A DNA stretch of 20,000 nucleotides from an uncultured virus (IMG/VR IMGVR_UViG_3300027847_001767). Lineage: Duplodnaviria > Heunggongvirae > Uroviricota > Caudoviricetes. The DNA lies in the IMG/VR virus record IMGVR_UViG_3300027847_001767. One strand, 5' to 3'. Below the pieces are notes generated by a model, which worked only from the letters and a program-made list of their open reading frames with translations, made no database searches and was not told the origin of the DNA. Shown here piece by piece: positions 11,422 through 18,016 of this stretch (its first letter is position 1; each line of letters opens with the position of its first letter). The translations under genes were made by a program, and so were the position numbers.

Positions 11422-11868
11422 ATGAAGATTTTAGTATTTATTTTTTCAATGGCTCTGACTTTGGGACTTAGCGCTCAAAAAAAACAGGTTGGTGGAAACT
11501 CAGGGCCTCCATCGTTTTCCGAAAAGTTCGCGGTTGACACGTTAACCAATTCTGACACGCTCACATTTACGCCCAATGCGTTTATTGTAGAGTTAGCTCA
11601 AGTTACTTATGCTGTTGTTTCAGACAGTCTTTCTGGTACAGATGCAGTCACCTATCATGTCGAAGAGGCATTAGGTAGTGGGACTCCAACTACTGTAGAG
11701 GCGGATTGGGTTCAAACTGCTACGGGGTCTATTTTAGCTGGCCCTACTAGCACAACAACCATTATCACAGCACAGCAAAACTTTGGGTGGCAATCACGAA
11801 TTATCTTTAGATCAGTTGGCACACAATCAGTTAGTATCAGACCCCAGGTCTCGATACGCAAGTTGTGA
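11422..11868 (+). CDS. Small exported Thr/Ser/Val-rich beta-sandwich-like protein, 148 aa
   Basis: Signal peptide MKILVFIFSMALTLGLSA-Q and alternating beta-strand pattern; function unknown. Confidence 0.7.
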   Translation: MKILVFIFSMALTLGLSAQKKQVGGNSGPPSFSEKFAVDTLTNSDTLTFTPNAFIVELAQVTYAVVSDSLSGTDAVTYHVEEALGSGTPTTVEADWVQTATGSILAGPTSTTTIITAQQNFGWQSRIIFRSVGTQSVSIRPQVSIRKL

Positions 11869-11919
11869 CATTATCAGAAAGTTATAGCTCATAGTCTTTA
11901 TACATTTGAAGGGTTTGAT

Positions 11920-11949
11920 AAGGCAGGGGTTGATTTTCCCTGCCTTTTT
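11920..11949 (+). terminator. Rho-independent terminator 1
   Basis: Stem AAGGCAGGG (11920-11928) / CCCTGCCTT (11938-11946) running into a T tract. Confidence 0.8.
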
Positions 11950-12029
11950 ATTTATCTTTAAAATGTTTAAGGCTTGGTTCGCCTGACGATTTCATAGTTT
12001 TGTTTTGATAATAGTTAAAGAAAAGAGTG

Positions 12030-12060
12030 GCCGCAGGAAGAAATTCTTGCGGTTTTTTTT
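12030..12060 (+). terminator. Rho-independent terminator 2
   Basis: GCCGCAGGAA-GAAA-TTCTTGCGG followed by T8. Confidence 0.85.
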
Positions 12061-12089
12061 GTTTGTTTCAAATATATAGCAGATATTCG
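12058..12089 (+). promoter_or_regulatory. Possible degenerate Bacteroidota promoter for the replication operon
   Basis: TTTG (12058-12061)-N20-GATATTCG (12082-12089), two mismatches to TAnnTTTG, just before ATG 12095. Confidence 0.3.
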
Positions 12090-12094
12090 CATGT

Positions 12095-12754
12095 ATGGGG
12101 TACAAGCACAAGATGGCCCCTAGCTTTCTAACGAGAGTGGACTCAAAGGTGTGTGTGTTTTATATTTATGTTTATTTAAAGTGTAGTGTTTCGGGCATCT
12201 ATAGTCCCGATATGAATGTATTGCAGCGCGAATTATGCTTAAAGATTCGCCCAAGGCAAAACCACCTTCTAGGTTCATTAAATGCTAGGGAAAGAACTGT
12301 AATAGAACTAGAAACAGGAAGATGGTTTGTTAAACACTTCTTGACCGATCAATATGGCGAAACATTAAATACTAAAAAAAAACTATACGAAAGGGTTGAA
12401 AAAGATCTGCAAGTAAATAATGTGAATCCCTTCTGGCTCGATATTGAGTTTAAAGAGATGGTAAAGAAAAGGAAAAGATCAATCGCAAAGTATGATGGTA
12501 TTTCTTCGCAGAATATCCTATGTATTAATACTCCATCCTTAATGACAAAACTAAAATTAGCTTACCCTAACATAGATGTACGAACAGAAATCAATGCAAT
12601 GAACGTGTGGTTTTTAAAGAATGAGCTAAAAGTTAAAAAAAGAAGGAATGCGAATTGGGCAAAGTTTGCATTCAACTGGTGTAAAAAAGCAGACGAAAAT
12701 CGTGGCGATAAAGCCTTTTCATTAAAAGACTCAGAATTTAACTATGATTATTGA
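12095..12754 (+). CDS. Putative phage replication initiator/replisome organiser
   Basis: Lies directly upstream of and overlaps dnaB. N-terminal FYIYVYLKC..SGIY winged-helix-like segment and C-terminal NWAKFAFNW are typical of phage initiators (inference). Confidence 0.5.
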   Translation: MGYKHKMAPSFLTRVDSKVCVFYIYVYLKCSVSGIYSPDMNVLQRELCLKIRPRQNHLLGSLNARERTVIELETGRWFVKHFLTDQYGETLNTKKKLYERVEKDLQVNNVNPFWLDIEFKEMVKKRKRSIAKYDGISSQNILCINTPSLMTKLKLAYPNIDVRTEINAMNVWFLKNELKVKKRRNANWAKFAFNWCKKADENRGDKAFSLKDSEFNYDY

Positions 12755-14150
12755 AGGGAAAATGATGCCTCAATCTATTCTTATGGAGGAGGCAGTGCTA
12801 GGGGGAATTCTAGTAGATAAGGATGGATTTTCTGAATCTCGTATCCATTTAGAAAGCTCTGATTTTTACAAGACCCAACACGAATATATATATCAAGCGT
12901 GTGAATCTCTATACAACGAGAACAAACCGATTGAACTGTTAAGTGTTCACGAAGAATTAAAAAGGTTGGAATTACTAGAGCAAGCTGGAGGGTTGGATTG
13001 CCTGGTAGACTTAACAAACAAAGTAGCATCAAGTAAAAACATTGCCCACCATGCTTCTATAGTTCAAACTATGAGCTTAAAGCGTAAGTGTATAGTTGCC
13101 GGAACGAACCTAGTGGTAAAAGGATACGATGAGGGCGCGGGGTATTCAGAAACGATGTCAGAGCACAACCTAGAGCTAATGAATATCTCAAACAGGCTCG
13201 ATGCTGGGATCTTACAATCAAATTTTGCAATCATTAAGGAAGTGGAGGATGATATGGCTCATAGTAAACTCAACAGCGGTATGGCCGGAATACCGATGAC
13301 AGGGATATATCTTTTTGATCAAATGACGAATGGAGCCAAGGAAGATAACCTTATAATAATTGCTAGTAGGCCTGGTATGGGCAAATCTGCTTTCGTGTGT
13401 ACTTCTGTAAACTTTATGATAGATCGAGGCTATAAGCCCGTTGTGTGGTCTTTAGAGATGTCTAACAAGGAAATTATGAGGAGGTTGATAGCAAATAGGA
13501 GTGGTATAGACTCTTTAGAGATATTAAAAGGAAATATACCAGATAAGGTTAGGCCCATTTATTCTAAGGCGGTTCATGGATTAAAAGAAAGTAAAGCTAT
13601 TCTGATTGATAAGGTGGGAGTAACGGTAATGGATATGAAGGCTCAAATAACTTCTTTAAAAAGAAAAAACAAGTGTGACATTTTATTTGTAGATCATGGT
13701 GGGTTATTAGATGAATCTACCCCAGGTAGATCTAGAAATGACAGTATAGGTTTTATTACCAAACAACTGAAGCAAATGGCTAAACAATTACATATACCTA
13801 TAGTATGTCTATGGCAGCTATCAAGAGAGGTTGAAAGAAGAGGAGGATCTTTTAGGCCGAGACTGTCAGATTTAAGAGATTCAGGTAATATAGAACAAGA
13901 TGCAGATGTAGTTACATTCCTTTATAGGCCAGAATACTATTGTAAACTTCTAGGGCAAAGCCTGGATGGGGAAACGATGCCAGTTAGGGTAGAATTAGAT
14001 AACGGAACTTATAGAACCGATCATGTAGACATAAAAGGGAAAGGCTTATTTGTTGTTGCCAAAAACAGAGATGGTAGAGTAGGTGATGTTCCCGTAGAAT
14101 TCATAGACTATACTTCGACATTTAAAGAATTAAAATCATTTGATTTCTAA
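12744..14150 (+). CDS. dnaB: Replicative DNA helicase DnaB
   Basis: N-terminal PQS..EEAVLGGIL...DFY..H; Walker A ASRPGMGKS; SLEMS; QLSREVERR..RPRLSDLRDSGNIEQDAD; KNRDG. Confidence 0.97.
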   Translation: MIIEGKMMPQSILMEEAVLGGILVDKDGFSESRIHLESSDFYKTQHEYIYQACESLYNENKPIELLSVHEELKRLELLEQAGGLDCLVDLTNKVASSKNIAHHASIVQTMSLKRKCIVAGTNLVVKGYDEGAGYSETMSEHNLELMNISNRLDAGILQSNFAIIKEVEDDMAHSKLNSGMAGIPMTGIYLFDQMTNGAKEDNLIIIASRPGMGKSAFVCTSVNFMIDRGYKPVVWSLEMSNKEIMRRLIANRSGIDSLEILKGNIPDKVRPIYSKAVHGLKESKAILIDKVGVTVMDMKAQITSLKRKNKCDILFVDHGGLLDESTPGRSRNDSIGFITKQLKQMAKQLHIPIVCLWQLSREVERRGGSFRPRLSDLRDSGNIEQDADVVTFLYRPEYYCKLLGQSLDGETMPVRVELDNGTYRTDHVDIKGKGLFVVAKNRDGRVGDVPVEFIDYTSTFKELKSFDF

Positions 14151-14213
14151 TGAAAAAAAGAAAGAGAATAATAATGAACCCAGACGATTATAAACTTTTA
14201 TTAAAATCTAGCC

Positions 14214-14789
14214 ATGTTGAGAATACCAGAGCAAAGAGCAACCCACCCCTTAGATTGGGACATAGCACTAGACTTGATGGAAAGAATAAAGGACCCGATG
14301 GAAAGTCTTCAGATACACATAGGATGTTACACAGCTTTAAGGGTAGGTGATATTCTATCTTTGAAGTGGGAAGACATTTATGATGTCGATAAGATTAATC
14401 TGATCGAGCATAAAACCAAAAATCTGAGAAGGATGGATGTTCACCATAAACTTAAAGAGGTTATTGAATGGGCTTATATCTCTTGTAACCGTCCACACTT
14501 TGATTTACATGTCTTTAGATCTATTAAGAAAAGAGATCAACCAATTACTGTCAAGGCCTATAATGACAGGTTGAAAAAGATATTCGCCAAGTATAGAATA
14601 GAGCATCCCTCAAATGCATCTCATACATTAAGGAAAACATGGAGCCAAAGGGTATGGGAATTTCACGGCAAAACAGACGAGGCTTTAATACTTGTTTCAG
14701 ATATGTTAGGACACGCTAACATTTCAACCACCAGAAGATACATTGGGATTCAAGGGAAGATTGTTAAACACACATACCTATCCATATGA
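14214..14789 (+). CDS. Tyrosine recombinase, catalytic domain only (191 aa)
   Basis: R (ALRVGD), K (EHKTK), HxxR (SHTLRK), H (LGH) and Y (RRYIG) are all present. Confidence 0.93.
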   Translation: MLRIPEQRATHPLDWDIALDLMERIKDPMESLQIHIGCYTALRVGDILSLKWEDIYDVDKINLIEHKTKNLRRMDVHHKLKEVIEWAYISCNRPHFDLHVFRSIKKRDQPITVKAYNDRLKKIFAKYRIEHPSNASHTLRKTWSQRVWEFHGKTDEALILVSDMLGHANISTTRRYIGIQGKIVKHTYLSI

Positions 14790-15121
14790 ATATTGAGGCA
14801 ATTAAAAAGGCGGCATTTATGCTGAATGTTGTGGGCAATGAGTCTAGAATCGATCTAATTAATATTCTGATTGATTGCGTAGAAATGCCAGTATGGCAAT
14901 TACAAATACTAACTAACTTAGAGCAAACAACATGCTCAAGACACTTGGCTTTATTAAGAAGAGTAAAATGTGTTAAAACACGGCGTAAAGGGAAAGAGAT
15001 TTATTACCGATTAAATAGAGTAAGGCTTCACGAAATAATAGTTTTCGCAAAAAAAATATCATATGATAAGAATAGGAATAGACCCTGGAACCAAAACAGG
15101 AGTAGGTATTTACGATCTTGA
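14786..15121 (+). CDS. ArsR/SmtB-family HTH transcriptional regulator
   Basis: R..LI..L....V.QL....LEQ...SRHL..LRR...V.TRR.GK.IYY; ATGA-coupled to the recombinase. Confidence 0.88.
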   Translation: MNIEAIKKAAFMLNVVGNESRIDLINILIDCVEMPVWQLQILTNLEQTTCSRHLALLRRVKCVKTRRKGKEIYYRLNRVRLHEIIVFAKKISYDKNRNRPWNQNRSRYLRS

Positions 15122-15488
15122 ATTAAAAAAATTGGTTCTAGTGGAAACCATGAGAGCGCATCAATTACATATCCTTTTACATGGTAGTTATAAGGTGTGG
15201 GGGAAATTAGAATTAGTTGTGTTCGAAGATGCTAGAATGGCGACCTACCGAAGAAAGCTAGAGTATCACAAAGCTCAAGGTGCTGGATCTATAAAAAGAG
15301 ACTGTACAATTATTGAGGAGATATGTGTTAGCAACAATTTGCCGTACAAGAAGACCAGGCCCAGGAAAGAATCAAATCAAATGTTGAGCGGTCCCAAAGG
15401 ATCTGAGTTTTTTAATAAAAATTACGGTTGGGAAAAAAGAACCAGCCACCATGCCAGAATTGGCGCATATCTAGCGATGTATGGATGA
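15063..15488 (+). CDS. RuvC-like Holliday junction resolvase (RNase H fold)
   Basis: N-terminal IGIDPG, VVFED and C-terminal TSHHAR. Confidence 0.7.
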   Translation: MIRIGIDPGTKTGVGIYDLELKKLVLVETMRAHQLHILLHGSYKVWGKLELVVFEDARMATYRRKLEYHKAQGAGSIKRDCTIIEEICVSNNLPYKKTRPRKESNQMLSGPKGSEFFNKNYGWEKRTSHHARIGAYLAMYG

Positions 15489-15936
15489 AAAGTTATGGCG
15501 TAAGTTTTCGGCCTACATTCGATTAAGAGATACAGACCACAATTATGAAGGAAAATGTTGCACTTGTGGGACTACAGTTGATTCTACTGACGCAGACGCA
15601 GGGCATTACATACCAGTAGGAGTTTCGAACCTACTTAAATTCTTGGAATGCAATGTTCATATACAGTGTAAGAAGTGTAACCAATTAGAATACGGAAGAG
15701 AAGAAGAGTATAAAGAGTTTATGATTCAGATGTATGATGAAAAATTGGTTGAAATCTTAGAGGGCTTAAAACATAAGATGGGGAAGTTTGATATTGATTT
15801 TTACAATAAAGGCATCACCCATTATTCTGCAGCTAATAAGATCTTAGTTAGATTAAAAACACAAGACATTAGAACACCTGAATATTTGTACGATTACAAT
15901 CAATCTATTTTAAGTTTAAAACCATACATATTATGA
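15481..15936 (+). CDS. ninG: NinG/Rap-family recombination endonuclease
   Basis: FSAYIRLRD, CCTCG, DAGHY and NVHIQCKKCN (HNH-like Zn sites). Confidence 0.85.
   Translation: MDEKLWRKFSAYIRLRDTDHNYEGKCCTCGTTVDSTDADAGHYIPVGVSNLLKFLECNVHIQCKKCNQLEYGREEEYKEFMIQMYDEKLVEILEGLKHKMGKFDIDFYNKGITHYSAANKILVRLKTQDIRTPEYLYDYNQSILSLKPYIL
15916..15936 (+). repeat. 21-bp direct repeat, left copy (TTAAAACCATACATATTATGA)
   Basis: Identical to 16420-16440; contains the ninG stop and the next gene's ATG. Confidence 0.95.
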
Positions 15937-16253
15937 AAGTTAAAATTAACGAACTAAGACAACTTTTTACTGAAAAATCATGCGATAATTCGCATTGGAT
16001 AATTGGTAAAAATTACCTTATCCGCACCGTCACAATGATTCAAGTCGGTAAGCTGGAAAAAATAACAGCTAATGAAATTGTATTATCAAATGCAAGTTGG
16101 ATTGCAGATACCGGAAGATTTGCCGAGTCATTATTAACAGGACAATTTAGCGAAGTTGAGTTATTTAATCCCAAATTCCCCTGCATTATTGGTCGAGGTG
16201 CATTGGTGGACGCTCAAATATTTGATTATAAATTACCTAACGCAACAAAATGA
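15933..16253 (+). CDS. DUF6948-like small phage protein, 106 aa
   Basis: IGKNYLIRTVT..VGKL....EIVL..ASWIADTGRF matches my recollection of this family; ATGA-coupled at both ends. Confidence 0.7.
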   Translation: MKVKINELRQLFTEKSCDNSHWIIGKNYLIRTVTMIQVGKLEKITANEIVLSNASWIADTGRFAESLLTGQFSEVELFNPKFPCIIGRGALVDAQIFDYKLPNATK

Positions 16254-16414
16254 ACGCAACAATATTAAGAATTGGCCATGATCGGTCGAGGTCGAAGTCG
16301 TGGTCGGGGTCGTGGTCGGGGTCGAGGTCGAGGTCGGGGTTGGGGTCGTGGTCGAGGTCGAGGTCGAAGTTGTGGTCGAAGTCGTGGTCGAAGTCGGGGT
16401 TGGGGTTTAATTAA
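16250..16414 (+). CDS. Uncalled 54-aa Ser-X dipeptide-repeat peptide MNATILRIGHDRSRSKSWSGSWSGSRSRSGLGSWSRSRSKLWSKSWSKSGLGFN
   Basis: ATG 16250 overlaps the upstream stop (ATGA); TAA 16412-16414 ends just before the right direct repeat. Confidence 0.75.
   Translation: MNATILRIGHDRSRSKSWSGSWSGSRSRSGLGSWSRSRSKLWSKSWSKSGLGFN
16286..16405 (+). repeat. 20 degenerate hexamers T(C/T)G-(AGG/AAG/TGG/GGG)
   Basis: 17 TCG and 3 TTG units; the TTG units at 16340, 16370 and 16400 are exactly 30 nt apart. Confidence 0.95.
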
Positions 16415-16419
16415 ACAAA

Positions 16420-16440
16420 TTAAAACCATACATATTATGA
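16420..16440 (+). repeat. 21-bp direct repeat, right copy
   Basis: Identical to 15916-15936; contains the amidase ATG at 16437. Confidence 0.95.
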
Positions 16441-17102
16441 GAGCTATTAGTGTTGACAAAGTTAATTTTCCTTCAAATCAGTATTTCCACACCATTTATC
16501 CTAAAAAGCAAATAGTTATACATCATACTGCGTCTGGCAAGGGTGCTAGTGGCGACATAGCATGGTGGAAAAGAGATGCCTTAGAAGTTGCTACCCCTTA
16601 CATTATAGAGAGGTCAGGAATAATTAAACAATTGTATGATCCTGGTAAATGGGCGTATCACTTGGGAACAAAGAATAAAACTTTAATGCGATTCAATATT
16701 CCTGTAAAAGATGGAAGGATATGGCATCGAACAAGGCTTCACCAAAGAAGTATTGGGATAGAGCTAGATAGTTGGGGGTTTCTAACTAAAAGAAATAGCG
16801 GGTATTATTCGTGGACAGGCAAAAAGGTAGATAACATTGTTCCTTATGAGAATGGATTTAGAGGAGAAAGCTATTTTGAAGCGTATACCGACGAAGCGAT
16901 TAAAGCCTTAGAGGAGTTGTTGCTTTTCTTATCAGTGGCATACAAAATACCCCTTTCTTATAATTACGAAGATCAATTTGAACTGTCGTATAAGGCATTG
17001 GTTGGCGAGCCAGGTCTTTACTCGCACGCATCATACCGAGAAGATAAGTGGGATTGCCACCCACAGCCTGAATTAATTCAAATGTTAAAATCACTAAAAT
17101 GA
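16437..17102 (+). CDS. N-acetylmuramoyl-L-alanine amidase (Amidase_2), probable endolysin, 221 aa
   Basis: IVIHHTA, AYHLG, SIGIEL and SH..YREDKWDCHP zinc-amidase motifs. Start moved to ATG 16437 (A-rich leader). Confidence 0.9.
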   Translation: MRAISVDKVNFPSNQYFHTIYPKKQIVIHHTASGKGASGDIAWWKRDALEVATPYIIERSGIIKQLYDPGKWAYHLGTKNKTLMRFNIPVKDGRIWHRTRLHQRSIGIELDSWGFLTKRNSGYYSWTGKKVDNIVPYENGFRGESYFEAYTDEAIKALEELLLFLSVAYKIPLSYNYEDQFELSYKALVGEPGLYSHASYREDKWDCHPQPELIQMLKSLK

Positions 17103-17791
17103 AATTTTTAAGCACAAAAGCTATCGATGATATAATATTCTTTGATATAGAAACTGCAGGAATGGTTGAGAACTATTCTGATCTACCAGAAAAAGGGAAA
17201 GAGTTTTGTAGTCGCATTATTCATGAGCTTAATAATACTGAAGAGAAGTATAGAGCTATTTGTGGTCTATATACTCCTATAAATAAGATTGTTTGTGTTT
17301 CGGTATACTGCAAAGGGTCTTCATTGCAATCTTTCTACGGAAGTGAAGCTGATATAATTAAAGAATTTAACGATTACATATACGCATATCAAAAACGGTA
17401 CTTGTGCGCTCATGGCGCATTTGGGTTTGATGCTCCTATGTTGTGCCAAAAATGTGTTATTCATGGAATAGAAATACCCCTTATGTATGATGTAATGGGA
17501 ATGAAACCCTGGAATGTAAAAAGCATTATTGACACTTTAGATATTTGGAAGGGAACAGGCTGGGGCAGAGGCAATAGGTTGGATGATATTTGTTTCGCAT
17601 TAGGTATTAAGTCTCCTAAAAGCGAAATGGATGGATCAAAAGTTCATTCTGCCTTTTATAATGGAAAGATTGAACAGATAGTAGCATACTGCGAAGCTGA
17701 TGTGACTGCATTGTTTAGAGTGCTTGAAATATTTATGGGTAAAAACAAAAAAAATGTACAAGAAAATACTTTGTTTTCTGGGTTTGCATGA
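17099..17791 (+). CDS. PolB-type 3'-5' exonuclease (DEDDy)
   Basis: ExoI FFDIET, ExoII AH...FDAP, ExoIII YCEADV, LGIKSPK. Confidence 0.9.
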   Translation: MKFLSTKAIDDIIFFDIETAGMVENYSDLPEKGKEFCSRIIHELNNTEEKYRAICGLYTPINKIVCVSVYCKGSSLQSFYGSEADIIKEFNDYIYAYQKRYLCAHGAFGFDAPMLCQKCVIHGIEIPLMYDVMGMKPWNVKSIIDTLDIWKGTGWGRGNRLDDICFALGIKSPKSEMDGSKVHSAFYNGKIEQIVAYCEADVTALFRVLEIFMGKNKKNVQENTLFSGFA

Positions 17792-17930
17792 TTGGTTGAT
17801 CTTTAAGGTGGTTGACCGGAAGGGTAATTTAAAGAATCATCATAGGCGGTGTGAGAATTGCAATATTCATCAAATACTAGGTGATAGCGAACTGTATCAT
17901 CCTAGTAAACAGGAATGGTTAAATTTTTAG
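17754..17930 (+). CDS. Small phage Zn-binding protein (DUF1660-like), 58 aa
   Basis: LCFLGLHDW...RCENC pattern; ATG 17754 follows an A-run. Confidence 0.6.
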   Translation: MYKKILCFLGLHDWLIFKVVDRKGNLKNHHRRCENCNIHQILGDSELYHPSKQEWLNF

Positions 17931-17932
17931 AG

Positions 17933-18016
17933 ATGATTCTTTATTCCCTATACATAGCCTTTGCCCTATTTGCTATTTTATTAATGCAATTACAATTTTT
18001 TAAAAACAACCAATGA
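17933..18016 (+). CDS. 27-aa single-TM microprotein MILYSLYIAFALFAILLMQLQFFKNNQ
   Basis: Starts 2 nt after the previous stop, fills the gap, and its TGA overlaps the helicase ATG (ATGA). Confidence 0.5.
   Translation: MILYSLYIAFALFAILLMQLQFFKNNQ

Noticed and set aside
11827..11995. Tiny minus-strand ORFs from CAT at 11890 and 11993
   Set aside because: Only 21 and 15 codons with no coding support; treated as a non-coding motif instead.
13685..13710. DnaB motif reads VDHGGL rather than DYLQL
   Set aside because: The catalytic Asp is retained and the other motifs are intact; this is ordinary phage divergence.
16286..16405. Possible CRISPR array or iteron origin
   Set aside because: 6-nt degenerate units with no spacers; iterons are longer and would be expected near the initiator.
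16265..16459. Minus-strand poly-(PR) ORF
   Set aside because: Antisense shadow of the hexamer repeat; every credible gene is on the + strand.
17740..18009. TAAAAACAA repeated at 17740 and 18001, flanking two small genes
   Set aside because: Only 9 bp and A-rich; expected from Bacteroidota translation-start composition, too weak to call a second cassette.
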